DNA of 64,000 bases, from the IMG/VR virus record IMGVR_UViG_3300025870_000011, positions 5,780 to 69,779 of that record. One strand, written 5' to 3'. Position numbers and translations under genes: made by a program. Of this stretch, positions 45,008 through 56,000 are shown in pieces. The stretch's first letter is position 1. Each line of letters starts with the position of its first letter. The notes beneath the pieces are model-generated. The model was not told the DNA's origin, did no database searches, and was given only the letters and a program-made list of their open reading frames with translations. The stretch comes from a virus.

Positions 45008-48000
45008 TGGCAGATTTAGAAAATTCAGATGATGATGGCTACGCAGGTATGTCGGGGATGACGACATACAATCGAGTAAAAGGTGAGTTCTTTTTACATC
45101 AAATGCCATCGCCTGATGAACAGATGGTTCGTCAGACAATTCAAGGAGTTGTAGATGAATTTATTTACAAAACAGATGATTTGTCTCTGCAATCGATCTT
45201 AAAACAAAACGAAAAAGTTAATGTTACTGAGAATGTGTATCTTGGAGATACCAGTTCAGTAGCAAATCAAAGCGTTACTTCATACTCCACCGACTCAGGC
45301 GGCAATCCTTTCAATCGTATGGTTATTCAAGGGGGAGTAGGATCATATAGCGATACGATGGAGGTTACGCTTTCGTCGTCAGTTCACGATGAAATAATTG
45401 CTATTGCTGTTGATGACATAAAGCCGTTTATGATAAAAGGATTAGACACGGATCATACTGCTAACTTAATCAAAGATAAACCAACTAATGACGGTTATAT
45501 TAAACATCTAAGCCCCTCGAAACAACCGTTAATCGCTTCAATCGAATCGCCAACTATCTTGATAAACGCAGGGGGTCCGAAAAGAGTTCTTGTTTTCTAT
45601 GATGCTATTGATTTAACTGGAGAGGTTGTTGCAGGGAATACTCTAACTCCATCCCAAGTCAATCCTCATCAACGGCCTTATCACGTAGAAGGAGACAATA
45701 AAGGATATTTAGTGGTCAAGAAAACAATCCCTGCATCATCAACTTTGTATGAAGTCTCATCAGGAGTATATAGAACCTTATCAGATATTTTGCTCAAGCC
45801 ATATTCCTCAGCACCTGCGACTGATTCAGATGTTCAAATGAAGATCACAGCAGCAGGAGGGTTGATTACTTTGCCAACTAAAAATTTCAAGCAAGCAATA
45901 AGATCTCACGTTCTTAAATCTCATGCATTTGAAGGTTCATTCCCCTCTCCTTTCATAGACATAAGCGATTGTGTTATTTCAGTAAAAAACAATTTGAAGG
46001 GCTATGGCCGTCCTCAAAATATTGCTAATCCCAACACTCCAGATGAAACCTCAAATCCTACTCACCATGTAATGACAATACAATCAAATATTGGCAGGAA
46101 TTTAGAAACATTTGACTCAACACAAAGAACTCCACCCGAATTATCTCGATCAACTCTTCAAGTATTCAACATCATCGACAATGAAGTATCTCAAAACGCA
46201 AATACAATTCTTGTAGTACCTGCAAATCGAAATCGTTATGCAGTTCTTGATGATTTTTTGACCCTTACAGATCATGAGGAATCATCAACTGTTTCTATTG
46301 AAATTTCATTGCTAAGTGGAAGGGCAGAGGAATTTAACACACAAATGAAAAATGGCAATGCAAGTCTTGAACTTCGTGGTCGTTCAAATCTCATGGATAT
46401 TACAGGTAAAGAAACAAAGAGGAATTTAAATTTGGGCGAAAGTGTTCCAATCAAAGAGATTGGCGATACTGGAACTCCTACTGTATCAATTACATTGGGG
46501 GGAGTTGGTCAAGGAGGAATTGATGCTAAACCTGAATGGACTGAACATCCTTTCTTACCAGGATGGAAAGATCGAATTGTAGGATCAGGAAATGCATCGG
46601 TTCGCAATGATCGGCAAACTTCAACAGATTATGCTTCGACACGTGCGTTAGTTGAGTTGCCATTGTTCCCCTCTATGTTCTATGATGTGGATGGAATCTA
46701 TGAGAAAGTAGAGGGCAATACTGATGGATTTCACTCAGAAGGAAAAGACTTTGAAATGACGATTGATTGCACCATGACGGCAAAAAACCGTGTGCAGATG
46801 AGAAACTATGAGGCACGAAATTCAGTCGATTGGGGTTTTCAAGATAGTCTTGCGGCAATTGAAATTGCTAATCCAATTATAAATGCATACCAAGGCAGTA
46901 ACAATAGTTTTCTCAGTTTCAAAAGATGGTGCATAAGAGCGCAAAAAACATCAATTCAAGCAGTTGTAACAGCCCACGATCTTACGTTAGGGGCAAATTC
47001 ATACATTACTGTTGATGATGTTGAGCCATTTATCAATGAAACAGTTCAAGGTTCGTTTGGTCCGCAAATTGACGGAACAACAGGAGTATTGGCAAATAAA
47101 TTCTACATTACTGTTGGCGAAGGGGCTGTAAAAGGTTATTCAATACCAGGTACTTTGATTGATCAAACAAACGGTGTTTTCTTTATGCTAAGAGTTCACA
47201 AAATTGTCAATGCAACAAATAAGATCTATGTCGATACAGCAATAGTTCGCAATGTAAATAGAGATATGGTGTTGAATTTAAGCGGGGTTGCCCCAACTGC
47301 ATCATCTACAATTTTTAACGGGGCAGTTGTAACTTATGGAGGCGCAATTCGTAATCAGAGTTTAGGGGGATCCGAAGAACCAATCTTCGTATTTACATCT
47401 ACTAACACTACTGATGGACTTGCTTCTTCGATTGAAGGGGGGCTAAAACAGTGCTTAGGAATCGAAAATGGCTTGATAAATCAAGTTAAAACAAGTAAAA
47501 GAACGTATGTAATCATAGGGGGAACGAATACACGCACACCTGTTGATGTCGGGGGTTTTGAATTTGATGTATGGAACAGATATGGTTTTGATAACAACCG
47601 TGAATTGAAAGAACCGATCATATGTCATCCCAACTTTACAAGTTTGAAAGGAAAATCATCTAACGGAACATCGCTGGAGTATGTTTTGCCGAGTCACTTA
47701 AACTTTCGAGACATTGCGTTAAAAAGCGTGAGTTTTGAATCATGTGTGAACGAATTGATACGCCAAATAAACATGGCAGGGCATCCTCAAGCAAAGAACT
47801 CTTTTGGCGCAAGTGCCTATGAAACGCCTTTGCAGGGTGAAAATAAATCAGGAAGTCACATGGGATATGTTCGAGCATTTATTGGCAAAGAAGTCGAATC
47901 ACGAACTGGTGAAAAAGGCATTTCTATTGTAATTCACAGCACAGTTCCTGGTGCATCAGGGAGAGAATTTGCAGTATGGCTATCAAACAAATCAGTATAT

Positions 48001-50076
48001 CCTTATCGACCAATTCAAGCAATTGGGCATGGAGGTTTACTCGCAACCAACAGCAGATCGTATCAGATGAATTCGTTCCCTGCTCCCATGCCTATTGGCG
48101 CAGATGGTGAAACTTTTGTTCCCATAACCACTTTTACTGGTGCGCCTCATGGACCGTTGATTCACCACGAAGATAAAACAAACACAATCAGAACATACAA
48201 CGGAGTAGGAAATATTTTCAAAGGAAAAACAAAATCAACAGCCTCATCTACATTACAAAGTGCAACTGGATCATACGAATGGGATGATTCACAAAAGGAA
48301 TTTAAATATATCACGGTAGAAGGTAAAGCGTTGGATTATATGCTTAGAACCTCTCATACCTATACTGGGATAAATAATGTTCCCGCCAATCAACGGGATA
48401 GCCGATTGTTGCGAATTGGAGGTGTTTTAGCAACTTTCAGTTCTGTCAAACCAAGTCCAAATGGGATAGCATACACTCCCTTAGCAACAGGAGGGGAAGA
48501 TGAAGCGTATATTTGGAACGTGAGGCCGTTATCCAACCCTGATAGATTTGTAAAACAATTCTATGATGGAAATTTTAACACCTTTGCTGATGAAATAACA
48601 GACATAGACGTAGAATTCCTATACCCTGCAATTGATCAAGAAGCAATTTTGTTCTTTGGTGGAGGGCATACTGGATTGACTTTTGACATCAGCGATGGAA
48701 CTAATAATGACTACTCAGATTTTTACACACACCCTCTTTCCAAAGGACCAACTGGTTTTGCTGGTTTTCAAAATCTTGGCGAAACATCATCTCCCTTTGC
48801 TGTGCTTGATTTCACAGATGTGCTGAACGAAGATACAATCAATAGTGATACATTGAGAGGGTTTCATCACACAACTGTTCTCAATTCAGATAACGAACCA
48901 GAGGGCAAGTGTGCTTTCTATGCAAGATTACAGAATGGAGTTTATGGATCGGGCGAGGACTTGGGAACTGGTGCTGTGAGTCAAGATAACACCAAATGGC
49001 GTGAAGATCTCTACAATCGAAAGGTTCGAGTTACCTCTGCCAATGGAATGGGTACACCCAAAAATGGAGTTACAAACACCGTAGAAGTAACCCCTACTGG
49101 GTCAGCACCAACAGCCAAATTATTTGCTCATGGCGATGTTGTTGCACTTCATAATAACAATTCGGGAACGGTTGAAGCGGAACACGCTGAGGTCAAAGGC
49201 TTTGATCCTGGTAATGCAAACTGGTGTATATCAGCAATATGCGCCCCCCCTGCATCCAATCCTAATTACATGACGGGACCTATTTTTCATGCGATTTATG
49301 ACGATGGAACACCTAATGGCCGACCTTATGGATTGCATCTTGGCGCAGCAGCCCCTTCGTCGGGAAATATACCGATTTCTCTTGCGATTACAGGGTTCAA
49401 TCCAGCACCATTTCCAGGCAATCCGAAGGTTGAGGCAGCAGTTCTTGTTCCCTCAACTGTAACTGGGAGTTCAGTCAAAGTAGATGAAACAGGATATACG
49501 TTCATAATGGCAGGTCAAAGAGATCCTTCATCACCCGTTCCATCATTCCTATACATCGGAAATACAGTAGGAATTACAAACCCCGAAACAGGATCAATGG
49601 CCGCAGGTATCTTTGATTTCTCCGATTATATGATTCGGCTTCCTGATCAACAATACTCAGCAGCAGGTATTCCTGGTGCATCGCCAAATGGAAAAACCAA
49701 CTTTGAAACAGAAACCAGTGGATATGGAGGCGGCGATGCCGATCACCCTGATTTGCCTACTGCGGTGCATTCTATTCGAGATAAAAATATGGCAACAATT
49801 GGATGCGCTTTGATCGGTGCGCCTTTCATCAATATGTTACCTGGAGTAACGCAGGGAGGAAAAGCAATACTTGCCCCTGTAAATGATTATTTTACGGCTT
49901 TACAATCGGGAACCCCTACATATGGGGTTACTGGGACAGGAGGATCTTTTGGCGATGGCAAGAATTCGGCAGGACCCATTCACTTTGCAGGGTATTTGAC
50001 CGATGTTGCTTTATGGAAGCGTTATATGTCCTTTACTGAGGCAACCAACTGGTTCGCATCATATAACAAATGGTGA
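45007..50076 (+). CDS. giant tail/adhesin-like protein with C-terminal LamG-like domain
   Basis: About 1690 aa; TGATG overlap; ends 'FAGYLTDVALWKRYMS'. Confidence 0.65.
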   Translation: MADLENSDDDGYAGMSGMTTYNRVKGEFFLHQMPSPDEQMVRQTIQGVVDEFIYKTDDLSLQSILKQNEKVNVTENVYLGDTSSVANQSVTSYSTDSGGNPFNRMVIQGGVGSYSDTMEVTLSSSVHDEIIAIAVDDIKPFMIKGLDTDHTANLIKDKPTNDGYIKHLSPSKQPLIASIESPTILINAGGPKRVLVFYDAIDLTGEVVAGNTLTPSQVNPHQRPYHVEGDNKGYLVVKKTIPASSTLYEVSSGVYRTLSDILLKPYSSAPATDSDVQMKITAAGGLITLPTKNFKQAIRSHVLKSHAFEGSFPSPFIDISDCVISVKNNLKGYGRPQNIANPNTPDETSNPTHHVMTIQSNIGRNLETFDSTQRTPPELSRSTLQVFNIIDNEVSQNANTILVVPANRNRYAVLDDFLTLTDHEESSTVSIEISLLSGRAEEFNTQMKNGNASLELRGRSNLMDITGKETKRNLNLGESVPIKEIGDTGTPTVSITLGGVGQGGIDAKPEWTEHPFLPGWKDRIVGSGNASVRNDRQTSTDYASTRALVELPLFPSMFYDVDGIYEKVEGNTDGFHSEGKDFEMTIDCTMTAKNRVQMRNYEARNSVDWGFQDSLAAIEIANPIINAYQGSNNSFLSFKRWCIRAQKTSIQAVVTAHDLTLGANSYITVDDVEPFINETVQGSFGPQIDGTTGVLANKFYITVGEGAVKGYSIPGTLIDQTNGVFFMLRVHKIVNATNKIYVDTAIVRNVNRDMVLNLSGVAPTASSTIFNGAVVTYGGAIRNQSLGGSEEPIFVFTSTNTTDGLASSIEGGLKQCLGIENGLINQVKTSKRTYVIIGGTNTRTPVDVGGFEFDVWNRYGFDNNRELKEPIICHPNFTSLKGKSSNGTSLEYVLPSHLNFRDIALKSVSFESCVNELIRQINMAGHPQAKNSFGASAYETPLQGENKSGSHMGYVRAFIGKEVESRTGEKGISIVIHSTVPGASGREFAVWLSNKSVYPYRPIQAIGHGGLLATNSRSYQMNSFPAPMPIGADGETFVPITTFTGAPHGPLIHHEDKTNTIRTYNGVGNIFKGKTKSTASSTLQSATGSYEWDDSQKEFKYITVEGKALDYMLRTSHTYTGINNVPANQRDSRLLRIGGVLATFSSVKPSPNGIAYTPLATGGEDEAYIWNVRPLSNPDRFVKQFYDGNFNTFADEITDIDVEFLYPAIDQEAILFFGGGHTGLTFDISDGTNNDYSDFYTHPLSKGPTGFAGFQNLGETSSPFAVLDFTDVLNEDTINSDTLRGFHHTTVLNSDNEPEGKCAFYARLQNGVYGSGEDLGTGAVSQDNTKWREDLYNRKVRVTSANGMGTPKNGVTNTVEVTPTGSAPTAKLFAHGDVVALHNNNSGTVEAEHAEVKGFDPGNANWCISAICAPPASNPNYMTGPIFHAIYDDGTPNGRPYGLHLGAAAPSSGNIPISLAITGFNPAPFPGNPKVEAAVLVPSTVTGSSVKVDETGYTFIMAGQRDPSSPVPSFLYIGNTVGITNPETGSMAAGIFDFSDYMIRLPDQQYSAAGIPGASPNGKTNFETETSGYGGGDADHPDLPTAVHSIRDKNMATIGCALIGAPFINMLPGVTQGGKAILAPVNDYFTALQSGTPTYGVTGTGGSFGDGKNSAGPIHFAGYLTDVALWKRYMSFTEATNWFASYNKW

Positions 50077-50081
50077 TTCGC

Positions 50082-53000
50082 ATGGCTGATGTGTATTCCA
50101 GATACCTTGAACCTGCTGAGACAGGATCATGGGGTGCTACATCGACAGGAGAATTTAAATCGGGCATCTTCGCAATGCACATTGCTTATCCCGATACTGA
50201 ATATGGAGATACGGTTGAAGATTGGCAATCAGGAGTAAATACAGTCGATTGGAGACAAGGACTTACAATCTTGATTAGAACTCCTTTAGCGGCCAGTTCA
50301 GCGACTATTGCTGAGGCTAAGAACGTAATTGCCATTGATTTAAAACAGGCTGCTATTGATCATGGAAGTTCAGATCATACTTACGATTTAGGAACAGAAG
50401 AAGCCGCCCGTTTCATAGCGGCAAAAATCAACTCACGTAAAATCAAGATGCAAGGTGAAAGAGATTTGACTAAGTATCTACGTGCAAAATACATCCGTCA
50501 ATCTTTGCCACCTACTTACCATCCTTACGAAGTATCGCACGTATCACAATCAGGAGGTCAAACAGTTATGGAATTTGATTTAGGCTGTGCTGGTGAATCA
50601 TTCCCTACTGAATTTCAAAGTAGTGATTTTTCCATAAAAATTGAATCCAGTTCCACCTCACCCCATATTGCTGCGGGAACTTATGAGGGAATTTCTTTCA
50701 AAGTAACAGGAGGGTCTTTTGGCGGTTTTGGTGGTATCAACAGTAACATAACGATTGATGGAACGCCAACAATAACGGGTTCACCTGCTGCTGGAGATGC
50801 ATTCACAAATACATTTACCATAATTGGAGAACCTGCAAAACACACCGTTGCGTTATCGTGGGAAACATACTCACCAAGCACCAATCAAGGATATTGGTCA
50901 GCCGCTAATTGTGGACCAATTGTTCAAGGGATGGGTGCTATTGGCGTTCATAGATTGGTGACAAAACCAATGGATGGAGGCAACATGGGGTTGCCAGCGT
51001 TAAATTATGATTCTCGAAGCGGTATTACTGCAAATCAACACAGTTCAAATCACGGCTATAATCGCTTTTCCATTGAAGGATTAAATTCTTGTTTGATGCC
51101 AAATATGCCCCCCCCTGATCGAAAGCAAACGCAACCATCTGTTCAAGGAATTATATCGTTGCATCCCAACACCGAATCGGATCTATCTTCATCTAATCGG
51201 TTACGAATTCAAGACCTTGAATATGGAACAGAAGTGGTATCATCATCAGGAAGGCCAGCGACAGTAGATACAATTGTTGGTGGTTCGGGATATACTGGTT
51301 CTTGGACAGGGGTAGAAACAACTGGCGGAACAGGCTTTGGTTTATTGGTTAATACAACTGTATCAACAGGGGCATTGACAGCAATCGCAATCAATAGTAA
51401 AGGAACAGGATATTCAATCAATGACGTGATAAATGTCGAAGGCGGAACTGGAACATTCAGAATCGCAACCGTAGAATCAGATGGCGTAATTGAGTTGGAA
51501 AATGGCGATTATTCAAAGCCATTTACATCAGCAGACACAAAACACTACATTCCTTCTGGATCGAATGGGGTTCATCTCACCAAAGTTACGCACAGCAATA
51601 TTGAGGTGAAACATGGATTAAACGATAGTTCTGAAAAATCATATGCCAGATCATTCAGAACCGTTTCGCCAACAAATACTGAGCGTGTGAATGGATTACA
51701 AATAAGCAATGAAGAACGTGTTTTTGAATCAATCGACGTTATTGATGATTTAGGAAATAAATTAGTTCTTAGGGGAGGCTCGCCATTTGGAACAATCATC
51801 CGTGATTTTGAGGTGACAAAAGGTCAAGAAAATAAAGAAACGGGAGAAATCGAAATAAGGCCGTCAGCCCCCTCTGATGTAATCCCTCCAAATATGAAAA
51901 TTCAATTGCCTAAACCAGAAGATATTCCTGGTAGTATCTTTGTCAGAAGCGGCCATGATCGAGTTCAAGCGTGGTCAAACCAAACATGGGGTTTAGGAGG
52001 TCTTTCGCCGCCAAACCCAAGACTTGCAGGGGATGCTGAAACAGATAGCAATGAAGCATCACAGTATGAAACACATGATCGAACTTTGGTTTTCCATTGT
52101 CAAAGAATACTGCATGACAAATTAGAAACTATCTTTGGTTTAGAAACCAACTCAACTCCAGGTGCAGTTCCAAGCGGAACAACAAGACTCTTTGCAGCAC
52201 ATCGAATGTCAGATCATGCTGAACGAGGAAGTTTATTGACACAAACCAACAATGGGGTCGCAACAGGCAACCCAATAGCACATCACAGGATTCGTTTTGG
52301 CCGTCAAGGACATTCGTTTGTTATGCCTCTTTGTCATCGTGGAACTCCCATGTCAATGAGGCGACAATTGCATCGATCTCACGGTTCAGCCTATTCGCTC
52401 ATGTTTGAGGCTGAAACAGAATACAAACACTTTGGTTTTGGAAGCACAAATACAACCAATTCATCAACAGTGTTTGAATTAGATACTATCGACGTTATGG
52501 AAAATTCAGCCGTTTATGCAACTGGATCTTTCGTTTCAGATGGATTGCCTCTTGATGAATTGAAAGGAATGCGATTGTATGATGCTGATGGCGCATATAC
52601 CTCTGCCACGCACAGAAGCATACCCGATTATTTGTTTGCACCAGGACAAAAGCACACTAATGTAGAAGGTGTTGCAGAATCAGTAGGTTTTGCTGAAACA
52701 GGAATCAACGGTTCAGTAACTACTGGCGGTGCTACAAAATTGACGCTGCAAGGCAGCACTTTATCAGCCAATAACCGCTTCAATACAGCAAGCGAGATTA
52801 TGATTAACGGATTCTTCTTGAATAATCATCTTGGCATGGGTGGCCGACCAGAGCCGATCAAGCGTGTTGGCATTGATAGCGGTGGTAACTGGTTTGTTAG
52901 AGGGCATCATGAAGGCGTGATTCGACCACGTGTTGCTACTGAATTGGCAACAGTTCCTCCATTATTACATCACGATCCTGAAATGTTAAACATGGCAGGT

Positions 53001-56000
53001 GCGCCAGTTTCATCTTCTGTAGCAGTTCCTTCAACAGCATTTACAAAACCAGAAATTGATTATCAGGATATGGCTTTAACAAAAGCAAGAAACACAGGAT
53101 CAGGTGGAGAGCCTGATGCATTCCTATGCACGTGGCTTGCAGAATATAGCCATCCTACGTTTTTTGGAACAATGCGTGAACATTTCATGACTTTACGTTA
53201 TAGAGAATCTGGAATGCCGAGATCGTTGAATTATCCATCAACGAGAGGTCTATTATTGCGTAACTTTTCTGCCGATGGTAACTATGGAACCACAGGTTCA
53301 CCAGCGACGGCATTGCCCTTTGAACGACTTTATGTTAATCAATGGTTACAAAATTATGGTTACAATGGACTCAACGCAGGTGGTCATGGCAATGTCGAAG
53401 GATTGCGTAGTGCGAGTTCTGTTCTTATGGGGCATACTACTCGAAGAGAAGCACATGGAACGATTCAATTGTATAATCAGAATGGAACGGCAAGATACTC
53501 ACGTGGAGAAGGCATAGGAGATTCTTTGAATCCAAACGTTACTTTGGCTGCTGTCAAAGGGATTGATTTAGATTCTGATAGCGAAGATCTCAATAGACAA
53601 TTCTTCGTGTTAAATCCCTATGTGGGAATAGATGTAAGCCGCAGATTGCCTGTTCGTGCATGGGGTTTCAAAACCGCATCAAGTAGTCACGATATGCTTG
53701 CAGGTGATCCTACTGAAACGCAGAATACCTATGCAATAACAAATAGTGGTCGGTTTGATGGAGGCAAGCATGACTCAATGGAGGATGTACCTCTCCTTGA
53801 TGGATTTGTCAATGATACAAATGTAATTCATCATGAAAGAGGGATTCATCGTTCAGTCCCAGTTGGATTCGTTACAAATGATTTCACGGCTGAGGCTCAT
53901 CCGTTTGAGCGAAACATCCGACAAAGTAATGATCGGGTTAAAGAACAAGATGAAAAAATGGGAATTGGTGCTAATTTGGGCATCACACAACATGGAATGC
54001 TCGCGCCAGATTCGATGGCCGCAGGTGCATGGGATTATGAGTTGAATGATACAAGGCCAACGACCCTGCCAATCAATAATCCAGTTCTTTGGTTGAAAGC
54101 CGATTCTCTTGATTTGAAAGATGGCGAATCCATCCCAAAGTGGGTTGATTCATCACCAAACGCCTTTGAATTTATTCAATCATCGGGATCACGGCAACCG
54201 ACTTTCATCAAACGTGAAAGTGCTGTGAACAATATGCCTGTCGTTGATTGCGACGGCAATGACTATTTACAATTGCCATTCAGTGAAAAATTAAATTCAG
54301 TTGAAATGACCCTCTTTGTTGTTGGTTTTGCAGACTCCGACGATGGCAACATTCACGGCCTTGTAGAATCCCGATCTTCAACGCCTGTCGCTCGAAGCGG
54401 ATTCAATATGTATGCGAGGATGGATTCAGGGAACGAATATCAATTTTGGGCGGGTGCTAACGCAGGTTATGTAATAGCCGTTACACCAAATGACACCGCT
54501 ATTGGAGGCGAAGCAGCAATTTTAACTGGACGAATTTTTGGAGGAAATGGTGGCGGTACAACAGCCACCGTTGAACTGTATCAGAACGGCTACATGGAGG
54601 CAACTGCGGGAACTGCCACAGGAACATGGTATAGGGCTACTGGCGGAACTTACATGGCGGGAAGAGTCCCAAGTTCTTATTATTTGAACGGCAAGATTGC
54701 TGAGGTTATACAGTATGATCGTAAATTGACCAGTGCTGAACAACAAGAAGTTGAATCATATTTGGCGAGAAAATACAACTTACCAATTTCAATCAACGTG
54801 GCTCACACAGGACATAAGCAAGACTATGACAATATCCCAATCAACAAAGGAACTGATCCGTTTATTGATCTCGTTCAACGAAGCGGAAGCCCAACTTATG
54901 CTCAACAAGATTCAGTTGGAGCGATGATCACGGCTTCTGATTCAAACAGTCGTTTTGGTCATGGAAGTGATTTTTACCATCTTCGAGGCAACGCATTACA
55001 CACTAACGTACACGCAATCAATGAAACAAAAGGTCAATTAGCATACCCTCCGAGTGGTCATTCTAAGGTAATTACAACTGGTGCATCAAAACGAATAAAC
55101 GACATTTTGCCCGATGTTTTGAATGAAATCTCAGACACAAGGCAAATACAAGCAAGAACAGAACCTCGATTGGGATTGATTATGGAGGTTGAAAGCGAAA
55201 GAAACAGCAACAAAAATGTCGATTATGCCGTAACTGGAACTCGATCCACTTCTTTGCATACTGATCTTATGTTGGGGCATCACTTCCCTGTTCTTCCTTC
55301 TCACACAATAAAAACACATTTCCCAAACAACGGTTTTACCGTCGATGGAACAGGATCAGCGTCTGTCGCCCCCGATTACTCAGTTAAGCCAACATGGAGT
55401 CCCGATTCCAATGGCAACAAAGGTGCAGTTCATGTTTCACTTACAGACACCACTCAAAATACGTTCAAGACTCATGCTTTAGATCACTGGGCTGTTAGAG
55501 GCGTTTCAGAATTACCTGCGTGGGGAGGTGTGTATATTCTTAGAAAAACGTATCTCAACAGAAATGATGAAGATGAAGGCGTTTTGAATACTGAGGTGAA
55601 TGAAGGCGAAACGAGGCCAACAACATCACATCCTCGCCGTAAATACGTGGATTACATTGTAAGACCTGTTAGGCCATTGAAGTTATTTGGTTTTGCATCC
55701 GATCTCTTACAGGATGGATGGGTTTTAGGCGCAAGAAGTTCGATGACCGCTTCTCTTTACAATTCACATTCGTTTGATCGAGATAAGCGATATGGCGTAT
55801 TTGAGATGAATTATTCAAGAGGCGAGAATCAAACAGAACACATTTCATCGGCAGGTTCAGCGTTTACAATCGACTATCCTGATGCAAATGAATACGATGT
55901 CACATGGCACTTAATACCAACTGCAAATATGCTTCAATTTGCTAAATCAGACGCTCACCGATTTGACAGTGAAGGAAATTTCAATGCTGAGATTGAAGCA